A stretch of 64,000 bases of DNA. Origin: Tubiluchus corallicola (lineage: Eukaryota; Animalia; Priapulida). The position numbers and the translations under genes were made by a program. The stretch is taken from the NCBI GenBank assembly GCA_030141605.1, contig JAQGDQ010002404.1:1-64000 (forward strand), written 5' to 3'. This document shows positions 1-10,289 of the stretch, piece after piece (position 1 is the stretch's first letter; the number at the start of each line of letters is the position of its first letter). Under the pieces are notes generated by a model. That model worked only from the letters and a program-made list of their open reading frames with translations. It was not told the origin of the DNA and ran no database searches.

Positions 1-1
1 T

Positions 2-1744
2 TTTAACAGTTACCTTTCCTGTCGTATTGGATATAGCTATATCCCCATATAGAATCTTATCAACAGAAGCATGCGTAACAAAGTTTATGTTCGCAGGTAT
101 ATCAGTAACTGTGATATCTTCTGTATTAACCACTGTGTCTTCCGGCTTCGTTTCTGTAGATTCCTGTTCGTTTCCCATAGATGTCAGCTGGTTCATGTCA
201 AGCATTTTCGACTTGATATTGAGCTGCCCTTTTATAGCTTGATCTTTCAGAATATAGGCCCAATAGTCCTCAATGGAGCCAGTTGCAGAGAAGTCGCTTC
301 TGCCAATTTTACCATAAAGCCTTGACAATGCAATATTCTTGGATGTCAACTCCATATTTGCCGATGTAATCTCTATTTTCTCATTAAAGTCATTAGATTC
401 AAAGACAAATTTGTTAAGAGACACTCTACCATCCGTTTTAAATAGATCGTAACGCTCTTTTTCTATATATGAAGATTTTCCAAAAAAGGATATGTTGGCC
501 TCAACCACTCCCTCAATCTCAATATCATCCATAGGTATAGCTTCTGCCACTGAAACAAAGTCTATCTTACCATTTATCTTCCCTTCAATCCTGGGGTCGC
601 TCATAGGTGTAGCTATATGAAGCTTGGCAGATAAAGGATTGCCACTCAATATTGCCTGAAGATTATTTACATCTATAACCGCCAGGTCCAAGTCTCCTTG
701 TGGCTTTTTAATCTGTGCTCGTAGCTCTATACCATCTATGTCCTTGGGGAGCTCGGTATACTTTAGCCAACCGTTACTAACATTCAGGTCTATTCCGAAT
801 GAGGGAAACTCTTTATCATTATACAGGCCTGTAAAGTATCCGTTAAATGCTACTTCTCCTTTTGTTTCAAGGCCTTCCAGGTAAGAGTGATAGTCTTCAG
901 GTATGAACCCCAACAACTCGCCCAACTGTGACTGAGGAGAAGAGAACCTAACATCAAAATTCATATCTTCATCATTCATGGAAAAGCTGCCATTTGCCTC
1001 CAGCGGAAGCCTGTTCACCAGTATCTCATTTTCCAAAACATTGAATAACATATTGTCAAAGTCTGCCTGCAGCGCTATTTTCATAGCTACATTCATATTC
1101 TTTACATACCGTGAGTCATTCATCACAAGAGTAATATCCTCAACTGAGCCTTTAGAGTCAAGCCTACTACTACTCCCCTGCATTTCACCAGACAGTTCAA
1201 ACATGCCATTTTTCAGAGAGAGAGAGAGAGAAGAGCTCTCATCAGTATAATAGAACGATGCCCCGCTCAGTGTCAGTTTTTCCAGCTCTATATTCGTACT
1301 GGAAGAGGTGTCATCCCCCTTCTCTTCCTGTTCTTTTGTAACCTCCGCACTTTTCACAATATCCCAGTTAGCTTTCCCATCTTTATTAACCAATAAGAAA
1401 ATTTCAGGATTGTTAATTGTTATCCGGGATATATTAAGTCCCTCCCCCGACCATAAGCTGGAAAGATCTACTGTAGTTGAAACTTCATCTACTTTTACTA
1501 GCTGCTGCCCCTCAAAATCATCCAATCCAGTAATTTTTATGCCATTCAGCCCTAAAAAAACATTGGGAAAACTTTTAAATAGTGATATTTTTATATCCTC
1601 TACTTCAACTTTTGCCTCCACAGCATCGTTAATCGCCTCTTTTGCTTTTTCAAATATTTTACCCCTAAAAACAATTGGCACAATAATCATCGTTCCAATC
1701 AGCAAAACGAAGATAATTCCGATAATAATAAGAGCTTTTTTCAT
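2..1744 (-). CDS. AsmA family protein (3' end runs off the window)
   Basis: Not in the ORF track because there is no stop in the window. Manual translation from ATG 1744 gives MKKALIIIGIIFVLLIGTMIIVPIVFRGKIFEKAKEAINDAVEAKVEVEDIKISLFKSFPN, an N-terminal TM anchor plus the SLF.SFP signature of Bacteroidota AsmA proteins. Confidence 0.8.
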   Translation of the reverse strand, partial: MKKALIIIGIIFVLLIGTMIIVPIVFRGKIFEKAKEAINDAVEAKVEVEDIKISLFKSFPNVFLGLNGIKITGLDDFEGQQLVKVDEVSTTVDLSSLWSGEGLNISRITINNPEIFLLVNKDGKANWDIVKSAEVTKEQEEKGDDTSSSTNIELEKLTLSGASFYYTDESSSLSLSLKNGMFELSGEMQGSSSRLDSKGSVEDITLVMNDSRYVKNMNVAMKIALQADFDNMLFNVLENEILVNRLPLEANGSFSMNDEDMNFDVRFSSPQSQLGELLGFIPEDYHSYLEGLETKGEVAFNGYFTGLYNDKEFPSFGIDLNVSNGWLKYTELPKDIDGIELRAQIKKPQGDLDLAVIDVNNLQAILSGNPLSAKLHIATPMSDPRIEGKINGKIDFVSVAEAIPMDDIEIEGVVEANISFFGKSSYIEKERYDLFKTDGRVSLNKFVFESNDFNEKIEITSANMELTSKNIALSRLYGKIGRSDFSATGSIEDYWAYILKDQAIKGQLNIKSKMLDMNQLTSMGNEQESTETKPEDTVVNTEDITVTDIPANINFVTHASVDKILYGDIAISNTTGKVTVK

Positions 1745-1849
1745 TATGATAAATTTTGCTTCGGTAAATCCTGCAAGATAATTTAAAGGTATACCTGATC
1801 AATTATAAAGCATATAGACTCCCCTTTCGGATTTGAAATCTTTAAGATA

Positions 1850-3091
1850 TTACTTTTTCATTAGAACATGACGCAGCATGTTTAATGAAGTTTGTGTAAA
1901 TTTAACTATATTCTTGCTTCTCTCCTTCCCCGCCACCATTTTTTTCGATATTACGGTTTCAGGAGTGCCTATTGCTATCCATGCTGTCCCAACAGGCTTT
2001 TCCTCTGTTCCTCCTTCCGGCCCCGCAATACCGGATATAGCTACTGAGTAATCTGTTTTCAGCAGTCGTCTTACACTAGATGCCATAGCCTTAACAACTG
2101 GTTCACTGACAGCACCACTACTCTGCAATATCTTTTTATCTACCTGTAAAACAGCCTCTTTTACTTCATTGGAGTATGCTACTATTGAGCCTTTAAAGTA
2201 ACCTGAGCTTCCGGGTGTTGAGGTGAAAAAGTGAGCGATATTACCCCCCGTACAGCTCTCCGCTGTCGATACTGTTTTATTTTTTTCCCTCAGCATTCTT
2301 CCAACCACACCGGCCATAGTATCTCCTTCAAAACCAAAGAAGTTCTCAGGGATAACAGATTTTAGCTGCTCAACCTTTTCCTGCAGCACCTCTTCTATTT
2401 TTTTACGGTCATCACCATAAGCACTAAGTCTCAGTCTGATATTTATCGGATTAGGCAAGTACGCCAATTTAACAAAGTTTGGTAGCCCCGATTCCCATCC
2501 AGCTATTTTTTCTGCTAAGACAGACTCGGGCAAGCCATACGACAGGAGTGTTTGGTGAACTATTTGTGTTGTCCTAAATCTGTCACAGATCATTGGTAGC
2601 ACATGCTCATTCACCAGTGTTTTCATTTCCAGTGGAACTCCTGGCAGAAAGATAAAAACCGTCCCATCCTTTTCAAGGCATAGCCCCGGAGCAGTGCCTT
2701 TTCTATTTGGCAAAGCCGTCGCCTTAGCAGGAACTAGCGCCTGCTCGCGGTTTAGCTCGTTTATAGCTATTCCCTGAGGGGACAGTAATTCGGTAATATC
2801 TTTCAGGACTGTTTCACTGTGGACAAGATTGGTTTCAAAGAACTCACATATAGCCCCCTTTGTACGGTCATCTCTGGTAGGTCCCAACCCTCCTGTTATC
2901 AGTACAAGCTTTGACTTGCCTGTCGATTCGCCCAGCACCCCTATAATAGATTCACTCTCATCCGAAATAGTAGTAATCTGCCTTACACTAATACCATTGC
3001 TATTAAGCTTTTCTGCAAGCCATGCAGAGTTGGTATCAATGATCTGCCCGATCAAAATCTCATCGCCTATAGTTATTATATCAGCTTTCAT
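1850..3091 (-). CDS. cinA: Competence/damage-inducible protein CinA (MoCF-binding domain + PncC NMN deamidase domain)
   Basis: IITIGDEILIGQIIDTNS, TGGLGPT.DD, LPGVP.EM and C-terminal TAESCTGG / ISGIAGP motifs. Confidence 0.93.
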   Translation of the reverse strand: MKADIITIGDEILIGQIIDTNSAWLAEKLNSNGISVRQITTISDESESIIGVLGESTGKSKLVLITGGLGPTRDDRTKGAICEFFETNLVHSETVLKDITELLSPQGIAINELNREQALVPAKATALPNRKGTAPGLCLEKDGTVFIFLPGVPLEMKTLVNEHVLPMICDRFRTTQIVHQTLLSYGLPESVLAEKIAGWESGLPNFVKLAYLPNPINIRLRLSAYGDDRKKIEEVLQEKVEQLKSVIPENFFGFEGDTMAGVVGRMLREKNKTVSTAESCTGGNIAHFFTSTPGSSGYFKGSIVAYSNEVKEAVLQVDKKILQSSGAVSEPVVKAMASSVRRLLKTDYSVAISGIAGPEGGTEEKPVGTAWIAIGTPETVISKKMVAGKERSKNIVKFTQTSLNMLRHVLMKK

Positions 3092-3277
3092 TTTTCAGGT
3101 TAAAAATAGAAACAGCTAAAAGTATGAAAAATTAAGCTGGCAGGCAGTAGAAAAAAGTCACTGGATAAAAATAGAAGCAACAGGTGATTTTTTAACATAG
3201 CTAGGGGGAGAAAACTGAGATGTAAAATGGTTTGAAGCAGAGCAGGTAGAAGCTGCACCTCTTTTCAGACAGGTCTA

Positions 3278-4027
3278 AATAGTCATCCCTTAAAATATTA
3301 TAAGTGTTAGTTAATCAATGAAATAATTTGTCAATTAGCACAAAAAATCATTACAGAAAAGACAATGTTTCTATATTTTTATGGATAAAACCTTGTCAAA
3401 TGCTTTCAAAAAAATAAACCTTCAAACCAATTAAATTTTTTAGCACCAACCTTAAAGGAGCAGCTCAATCCTAATCATGAGCTTTATTTGCTATCAGAAG
3501 CTATAGATTGGAGTTATTTTGAGGATGAGTTTTCGAAGTTCTATTCAGATAAGGGTCGTCCGGCTCACCCCATTCGTTTGATGGTCTCCTTGCTTATCCT
3601 CAAGTCGATTTACAATCTCTCTGACGAGCGCTTAGTAGAAGAGCAGTGGGAGATGAATGCTTACTTCCAGTACTTTGGTGGTATGGAGCTTCATCAGTGG
3701 GGTAAGCCTTATGCAGCTAATGACTTAGTACACTTTCGTCACCTTATCGGAGAACAAGGAGTCGAAAAGATATTAAAGTACTCTATCGATAAGCACGGCA
3801 AGGATGGAGGTGATCATCATGTGAGTATTGACAGCACAGTTCAGGAGAAGAATATTAGTTTTCCTACAGACGCCAAATTGGCCAAGAAGATCATCGACAA
3901 GTGTGTGAAGAGAGCTAAAACATCAAACATTAAATTGCGTAGGAGCTATAATAGAACCTCTAAGCGGTTACTCAGAGAGACTTACAATGGATCTCACCCA
4001 AAGCGCAGAAAAAAAGCCGAATTGTAA
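3278..4027 (+). mobile_element. Truncated IS5-family insertion sequence (left part only)
   Basis: Putative left end AATAGTCATCCCTTAAAAT at about 3278, followed by a transposase fragment. No right end was found. The left boundary is approximate. Confidence 0.65.
3400..4027 (+). pseudogene. IS5-family transposase pseudogene
   Basis: IDWSYFE..F...YSDKGRPAHPIRLMVSLLILK..YNLSDE and IDSTVQEKNISFPTDAKL motifs. ATG 3400 is out of frame because of an extra A in the A7 run at 3408-3414. The C-terminal half of the DDE domain is missing. Confidence 0.85.
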
Positions 4028-4072
4028 GCTTTCTTGAGTCTGCTATAGGAAATCTTTAAATTATCATGCAAT

Positions 4073-4111
4073 AAAAAACTCCCGACTGAATTAAATCTGA
4101 CAGGAGTTTTT
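4073..4111 (-). terminator. Probable intrinsic terminator downstream of tRNA-Leu
   Basis: Inverted repeat AAAAAACTCC...GGAGTTTTT directly 3' of the tRNA. Confidence 0.55.
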
Positions 4112-4114
4112 GTG

Positions 4115-4198
4115 TGCCCTGGAAAAGACTCGAACTTTCACGATCTTGCGATCACCGGCCCCTCAAGCCGACGCGTCTACCAATTCCGCCACCAGGGC
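4115..4198 (-). tRNA. tRNA-Leu (GAG)
   Basis: Reverse complement GCCCTGGTGGCGGAATTGGTAGACGCG-TCGGC-TTGAGGG-GCCGG...GTTCGAGTC...CCAGGGCA, with a long variable arm and GAG anticodon. CCA is not encoded. Confidence 0.95.
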
Positions 4199-4210
4199 AA
4201 TCTTATTTCA

Positions 4211-4722
4211 NNNNNNNNNNNNNNNNNNNNNNNNNNNNNNNNNNNNNNNNNNNNNNNNNNNNNNNNNNNNNNNNNNNNNNNNNNNNNNNNNNNNNNNNNN
4301 NNNNNNNNNNNNNNNNNNNNNNNNNNNNNNNNNNNNNNNNNNNNNNNNNNNNNNNNNNNNNNNNNNNNNNNNNNNNNNNNNNNNNNNNNNNNNNNNNNNN
4401 NNNNNNNNNNNNNNNNNNNNNNNNNNNNNNNNNNNNNNNNNNNNNNNNNNNNNNNNNNNNNNNNNNNNNNNNNNNNNNNNNNNNNNNNNNNNNNNNNNNN
4501 NNNNNNNNNNNNNNNNNNNNNNNNNNNNNNNNNNNNNNNNNNNNNNNNNNNNNNNNNNNNNNNNNNNNNNNNNNNNNNNNNNNNNNNNNNNNNNNNNNNN
4601 NNNNNNNNNNNNNNNNNNNNNNNNNNNNNNNNNNNNNNNNNNNNNNNNNNNNNNNNNNNNNNNNNNNNNNNNNNNNNNNNNNNNNNNNNNNNNNNNNNNN
4701 NNNNNNNNNNNNNNNNNNNNNN
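4211..4722. other. Assembly gap (N run)
   Basis: 512 consecutive N. Confidence 1.
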
Positions 4723-4731
4723 GCTTCAGTG

Positions 4732-6290
4732 TGTAAATCTTCAGCTTAATTCGGACAAATTGGTTTAAAAATTAAGAGAGACATTTCTTAAATTATAACC
4801 AATAAAAACGAGTAAGATGAAGGCAAAAAAACAGACTACCGAACAAAAGGTAAAAGAGATTAAGAGACACACGAGGAAGAAGTAATCAGCTGAAGAAAAA
4901 ATCAGGATTTTACTAGAGGGCATGCGTGGCGAATATAGCATTGCCGAGTTATGCCGAAAAGAAGGCATCAACGCGAACCTTTATTACAAGTGGAGTAAAG
5001 ATTTTATGGAAGCTGGCAAAAAACGCCTTGCAGGTGACATTAAACGGGAAGCTACATCGGGCGAAGTAAACGGTTTAAAGAACGAGAACCACGACCTAAA
5101 GCAGTTTGTAGCAGAGCTGAGTTTGGAAGTACGCATGCTTAAAAAAAGCTTAACTGGAACCGAGTAACTTATAAATATATGAGACGAAGCGCCAGTGAAA
5201 AGATGGAAATTATCCGTATTGTTCAAGATTCGGTATTCGGAGTTAAGCGCACACTTGAAGAGCTTGACATCAGCCGAAGTACCTTTTACGAGTGGTACAA
5301 ACGCTTCCTTGAGGGAGGATATGATGCACTCAAGCCCAAGCCGGTAAAACGCAAAAAGTTTTGGAACAAGATATCCAACAAAGAACGAGAACTGGTTTTA
5401 GACACCGCTTTGTAACGTACAGATTTATCGCCTAGGGAACTAGCCCACCACATCACCGACCATCAAAAGTGGTTTATCAGCGAAACCAGCGTATATCGGA
5501 TTCTCAAAGAGCAAGTGCTAATCACATCTCCTGCGTGGCTTTTAATGGCTGCATCCGATGATTTTAAAGATAAGACCACGCGTGTGCACCAGCAATGGCA
5601 AACCGATTTTACCTACTTTAAAATCATTGGATGGGGCTGGTATTATTTGGCTACCGTAATGGAGATTATTCAAGGTATATCGTCACCTGGGAGCTTTGCC
5701 AAAGCATTGAGTCGGCCGATGCCAAGCATGTTATTCAAAAGGCTTTACATACGGCCAAAATACCTGCAGGCGATTGTCCCAGGTTACTCTCCGATAATGG
5801 AGCGTGCTACATATCAAACGAGTTTCAAAGCTTTTTAAAAGACACCAAAATGGGACATTTACGTGTAGCCCCATACCACCCTCAAACACAAGGGAAAATT
5901 GAGCGTTACCACCGCACCATGAAAAATCAGGTAAAGTTGGATAACTACTACTTTCCTGATGAACTAATGACGGTTCTACAGGAGTTTGTATATAATTACA
6001 ACAACCACCGGTATCATGAATCACTCAAGAATGTTACACCTGCCGACGTGTATTTTGGAAGGCAAAAACAGTTACTGGGCAATCGTGAAAACATTAAAAT
6101 AAAAACGCTAAATGAAAGAAGAAAAAGGAATCAGAAAATCGCAGTGTATCACTTTTGATTTATTGAAAACTCTGCGAGTTTCGAACAAGTCAACAGTGAA
6201 TTATCATCACCATAAAAAAGAGAATTTGAATTATAAAACTATCTCTTAACTTTAAGCATCAATTTGTCCAATAAGTTTTGAAGTTAAACA
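4732..6290 (+). mobile_element. IS3-family insertion sequence, full length but inactivated
   Basis: TG...CA ends with imperfect IRs (TGTAAATCTTCAGCTTAATTCGGACAAATTG / reverse complement TGTTTAACTTCAAAACTTATTGGACAAATTG) and orfA/orfB organisation. The ends match the copy at 28091-28940. Confidence 0.92.
4817..6158 (+). pseudogene. IS3-family transposase orfA/orfB pseudogene
   Basis: HTH orfA (SIAELCRKEGI..NLYYKWSKDF) with a nonsense TAA at 4883. orfB integrase core (WQTDFTY, SDNG, PQTQGKIERYH) has a stop at 5413-5415 and a 1-bp deletion near 5663 relative to copy 2. Confidence 0.9.
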
Positions 6291-6399
6291 GTACTCTCTT
6301 TAAACCGTATTTTTGATTGTGTTGTCATTTAGACTCTTAAGAGACAAATTTTTTTAGGATGACATAGGTTGCAGGTATTTTATTTGTAATCTTTTTTAC

Positions 6400-6433
6400 A
6401 AAAAAGGCTACCCAATACTTTTTGGATAGCCTC
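6400..6433 (-). terminator. Probable terminator downstream of tRNA-Asn
   Basis: Hairpin AGGCTACCCAA...TTGGATAGCCT flanked by an A-run (U-run on the minus strand). Confidence 0.55.
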
Positions 6434-6470
6434 TCTTTTTGTTGCCTGATAATAAGTTTATCTTTTTTAT

Positions 6471-6547
6471 TGGCTCCCCAGGTAGGACTTGAACCTACGG
6501 CCTGCGGATTAACAGTCCGACGCTCTAACCAACTGAGCTACTGGGGA
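6471..6547 (-). tRNA. tRNA-Asn (GTT)
   Basis: Reverse complement TCCCCAGTAGCTCAGTTGGTTAGAGCGTCGGACT-GTT-AATCCGCAGGCCGTAGGTTCAAGTCCTACCTGGGGAGCCA, with encoded CCA. Confidence 0.97.
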
Positions 6548-6585
6548 GTGTTTTTGCGCTTTCGCATATATTCGCGAAAGCGATG

Positions 6586-6593
6586 CAAATATA
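6586..6593 (-). promoter_or_regulatory. Bacteroidota -7 promoter element for tRNA-Asn
   Basis: TATATTTG on the minus strand matches TAnnTTTG, about 40 bp upstream of the tRNA. Confidence 0.6.
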
Positions 6594-6832
6594 ACAGCTT
6601 TTGATAAATTTTAAAACAGATTTGTAAAAAAATAGAGATAAAGTGGCTAGGGGAATAGTGTATATATTTTTTTGGACAGCATTTTGGTAAGAACCGAACG
6701 TGCTGTTTGTGTAGTGACTTTTCTTTTTCAATTTTTTCACACACTCTCTCTATTCATTGCAATTTCACTATTGTTTGCAAGGTGAGACCACACCTTTTGG
6801 GTACTTTAAATATATTGAAACAATAGCTATTT

Positions 6833-8368
6833 CTACTGTTTTTGGGGAATATTGTTTATTGCTTTTATGATACGTTCTATTGTTTCATCTTTACCTATTA
6901 GCTTACAGATATCAAACAGGTCAGGCCCAAAGCTTCCCCCCACCAGGCATAGTCTGAGAGCGCTCATAACCAGTCCAAGTCTCCACTCATTTTTACCTGC
7001 TTCCAACTGCAAAAGTTCTTTTATGGACGAAGCCTCCCACTGCTTAGTATTTTTTAACAGGGTTGCAATTTTTCCCATTATCTGTGGCACCTCTCCCTTC
7101 CAGCTTTTTTTCACCACTTTTTGGTTGTAGCTGTCTGGGCTTTTGAATAAGAAGTGGCTTTGTTCCCAAATGTCGGCCACAAAGGTGCAGCGATCCTTTA
7201 CCATGCCACACACGGTTGTAGTAAAGTTCTGGGGTTTGTTTACTCCTTTCTCTTTTAACAGAGGCTGTATCATAGCTCCCAGTTCCTCATTGGTTTTGTT
7301 TACCAGGTATTGATGGTTGAACCACTTTGTTTTCTCGGGGTCAAATCTGGCGCCGGATTTGCCTACGCGCTCCATAGAGAAAGCTTCTGTAAGCTCACCT
7401 AGTGAAAAGATCTCCTGTTCTGTTCCGGGATTCCAGCCCAGCAGAGCTATCATATTTACAAATGCTTCAGGAAAATAGCCTTCCTCCCTGTAGCCTGCCG
7501 AAGTGTCTCCTGATGCTGAGTCTCTCCACTTCAGAGGAAACAGGGGGAACCCCATTTTATCGCTATCACGCTTGGATAGCTTACCTTTCCCGACAGGTTT
7601 AAGTATAAGGGGGAGGTGTGCAAATTGGGGCATGGTGTTACTCCACCCCAATCTTTCGTATAGCAGTAAATGCAATGGCATTGAAGATAGCCACTCTTCT
7701 CCGCGAATAACATGGGATATATCCATCAGGTGATCATCTACAACATTGGCCAGGTGGTATGTTGGCATTTTATCTGCTTTAAGCAGCACTTTATCGTCCA
7801 GTGTGGAGGTGTTGAATACAACTTTTCCTCTTATCATATCTTTTGCCAGGATCTCCTCTTCATCCGGCATTTTAAAGCGAATCACGTACGGCTCCCCTTT
7901 ATCTATTTTGGCTTTCCAGGTTTGCTCAGGCAGCGATAATGAGTTTTTCATTTGCTTGCGTGAAGCCGCGTTATATGTAAACACCTTCTTTTTAGTGCTT
8001 GCTTCTGCCCGCTTTGCTTCCAGCTCTTCAGGGGTGTCGAAAGCGTAATATGCGTTACCGGCAGAGGTGAGTTGTTCTGCATACTTGCTGTATATTTTTT
8101 TACGTTCACTTTGTCGGTATGGGGCATAGCTCCCACCCTTATGCGGGCCTTCATCGACTTTTATCCCGCACCACTTTAGTGACTCTTCTATGTATTTTTC
8201 AGCATTTTCATTGTATCTGGACTGGTCCGTATCTTCTATGCGCAAAATAAAGTCTCCTTTGTGTTTTTTTGCAAATAAGTAGTTAAACAGGGCTGTGCGC
8301 ACCCCTCCCATATGCAAAGCTCCTGTAGGGCTGGGGGCAAAGCGGACTCTTATTTTTTTTTCACTCAT
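6833..8368 (-). CDS. gltX: Glutamate--tRNA ligase
   Basis: RVRFAPSPTG.LHMGG (HIGH-like), LRIEDTDQ, HVIRGEEW and KLSKR motifs. The start was moved to ATG 8368 because a promoter element lies at 8404-8411. Confidence 0.97.
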   Translation of the reverse strand: MSEKKIRVRFAPSPTGALHMGGVRTALFNYLFAKKHKGDFILRIEDTDQSRYNENAEKYIEESLKWCGIKVDEGPHKGGSYAPYRQSERKKIYSKYAEQLTSAGNAYYAFDTPEELEAKRAEASTKKKVFTYNAASRKQMKNSLSLPEQTWKAKIDKGEPYVIRFKMPDEEEILAKDMIRGKVVFNTSTLDDKVLLKADKMPTYHLANVVDDHLMDISHVIRGEEWLSSMPLHLLLYERLGWSNTMPQFAHLPLILKPVGKGKLSKRDSDKMGFPLFPLKWRDSASGDTSAGYREEGYFPEAFVNMIALLGWNPGTEQEIFSLGELTEAFSMERVGKSGARFDPEKTKWFNHQYLVNKTNEELGAMIQPLLKEKGVNKPQNFTTTVCGMVKDRCTFVADIWEQSHFLFKSPDSYNQKVVKKSWKGEVPQIMGKIATLLKNTKQWEASSIKELLQLEAGKNEWRLGLVMSALRLCLVGGSFGPDLFDICKLIGKDETIERIIKAINNIPQKQ

Positions 8369-8403
8369 TGTTGGATGTATAATTTTTGTCAATATAGTGT
8401 AAG

Positions 8404-8411
8404 CAAAGATA
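8404..8411 (-). promoter_or_regulatory. -7 promoter element for gltX
   Basis: TATCTTTG on the minus strand. Confidence 0.6.
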
Positions 8412-8567
8412 AGGATTGAGGCTTTTACAAGGCTCATCTTTTCATTAAATATTTTTATCAAAACTCTTTTCAAGCTCTTCATTTATGTCAATAAGGAGTG
8501 GCTTATAATCAAGTTTTCCTTAGTTTGAACCAAAATATGTCATCTTGCAAAAGGCCTCAAATTACTG

Positions 8568-8575
8568 TATTTTTG
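8568..8575 (+). promoter_or_regulatory. -7 promoter element for fprA
   Basis: TATTTTTG about 55 bp upstream of the ATG. Confidence 0.5.
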
Positions 8576-8629
8576 CAATTTGGGTAGCTGGTGAGTGTAA
8601 GTTATCAATTATTCTAAATACGAAATACC

Positions 8630-9844
8630 ATGCATCATATAAAACTATCAGAAGATATTTATTACCTGGGGTTTAATGACAGGCGCACCCACCTCTTTGA
8701 AAATATATGGCCAATTCCTCACGGAGTCTCTTATAATTCATACCTTATTGTTGATGAGAAAGTTGCGTTGATTGATACAGTGGAGCGACAATTTATAGAT
8801 GGCTACCTTGACAAAATAGAGGGTATAATAGGCAGTAAAAAAGTTGATTACCTTGTTATTAACCATATGGAGCCAGATCATTCAGGGGCGTTAAGAGCCA
8901 TTGTTGGTAGGTATCCTGATGTGACGCTGGTTGGAAATAAGAAAACTTTTGGTTTTATAGAGAGCTTCTATCTTAAGCCTGAAAATATTATGGTTGTTGA
9001 TGATAATGACACCCTCAACCTGGGAAAGATGAGGCTGCAGTTTCAAAAGATACCTATGGTTCACTGGCCGGAAACCATGGTGAGTTATGAGGAGACAAAC
9101 AAGATACTGTTTTCGGGTGACGCATTTGGCAGTTATGGAACTCTTGACGGAGGTGTTTTTGATGATGAGATAAATCTCGACTTTTATGAAGTGGAGCTTA
9201 TGCGCTATTTTACTAATATAGTGGGGAAGTACTGTGCTCATACGCAGAGGGCTATGAAAAAGATATCTGAGCTAGAGTTAAGGATGATAGCAACAACTCA
9301 TGGCCCCATTTGGCGTAGTGACTTGAAGTGGGTGCTAAGCCGGTATAAGAAATGGAGTTCTTATGATATGGACGAGGGGGTTATTATTGTCTATGGTTCT
9401 ATGTATGGACATACAAAAGAGATGGCGGAGGTTATTGCTAGACAGCTTTCTGTAAGAGGAGTAAAAAGTATAAGGGTTTACGATTCTTCCAAGACCCATT
9501 CATCTTACATAATTAATGATATTTTTAAATATAAAGGGTTTATAGTGGGCAGTTGCACTTATAATAACTCACTGTTTCCAAGTATTGAGACCCTGCTTTC
9601 AACGATCAGTCACATGGGTGTTAAGAATCACTACCTAGGTATTTTTGGAAACTACGCATGGAGTGGTGGTGGAGTGAATAGGCTTAAAGATTTTGCTGAA
9701 GATATAAATTGGGAAGTGGTGTATCACCCTGTTGAGGAGAAGGGCAAACTGGAAGACGACAAAGGCCGTATGTGTATAGAGCTTGCCAATGCGATGGCTG
9801 ACAAGGTGTTGGAGTGTAAGCATATTGACGAAGAGAAGCGCTAG
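8630..9844 (+). CDS. fprA: FprA family flavodiiron protein (O2/NO reductase; metallo-beta-lactamase + flavodoxin domains)
   Basis: GVSYNSYLI, NHMEPDHSG, VHWPET, SGDAFG, HGPIW and flavodoxin YGSMYGHT motifs. Confidence 0.92.
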   Translation: MHHIKLSEDIYYLGFNDRRTHLFENIWPIPHGVSYNSYLIVDEKVALIDTVERQFIDGYLDKIEGIIGSKKVDYLVINHMEPDHSGALRAIVGRYPDVTLVGNKKTFGFIESFYLKPENIMVVDDNDTLNLGKMRLQFQKIPMVHWPETMVSYEETNKILFSGDAFGSYGTLDGGVFDDEINLDFYEVELMRYFTNIVGKYCAHTQRAMKKISELELRMIATTHGPIWRSDLKWVLSRYKKWSSYDMDEGVIIVYGSMYGHTKEMAEVIARQLSVRGVKSIRVYDSSKTHSSYIINDIFKYKGFIVGSCTYNNSLFPSIETLLSTISHMGVKNHYLGIFGNYAWSGGGVNRLKDFAEDINWEVVYHPVEEKGKLEDDKGRMCIELANAMADKVLECKHIDEEKR

Positions 9845-10289
9845 TATAAGTTTTTTAACTTGAAAGAGAGGATATTTGCAAGTCAAGACGGTTGTTGGTA
9901 CAAGTTTTATATTTATTTAAAAGGAAGCTACTTTTAAGCTATAGGTTTTTTATTTGGCTTGGAAAAAAACCGGATGAAGTTGTAATTTTCTGACCTGAGC
10001 AGTGATTTCATAAATGTGATAGACAAAATATTGTATTGAGAAGACATATTAAATGGTTGTCAGTAAGTATACTTACAGGAGTGATTACGTGATAAATTGA
10101 CTTCAGAAAGTGTCTTTGGTAAAAGTCTGCAGGTTTTTATAATTTAGCTAAATTACTTCTTTGCATCTGTACGACTGTGCCTGTTGTAAGGAAGTATTGT
10201 TAAATTTCTTTTGAGAATCGTGGCTAATTCTATATTTTCGTTAGTAAGTTATTGAGCAGAGAGGCCAAAAATGTATACATATTATTAAA

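Noticed and set aside
1308-1781. Numerous antisense ORFs in the track (this one and, for example, 46735-47346 and 33849-34313)
   Set aside because: They are shadows of well-supported genes on the opposite strand.
3100-3480. oriC at the skew switch
   Set aside because: Only weak TGGATAA matches, no DnaA-box cluster, and the region is occupied by an IS remnant beside an assembly gap.
4110-4768. Three ORFs of more than 200 aa in the ORF track
   Set aside because: They are artefacts of translating through the N gap and lie antisense to tRNA-Leu.
8369-8482. N-terminal extensions given by the ORF track for gltX (also the TPR gene, SusC and rny)
   Set aside because: Promoter elements lie inside the gltX and TPR extensions, and the family N-termini begin at downstream ATGs.
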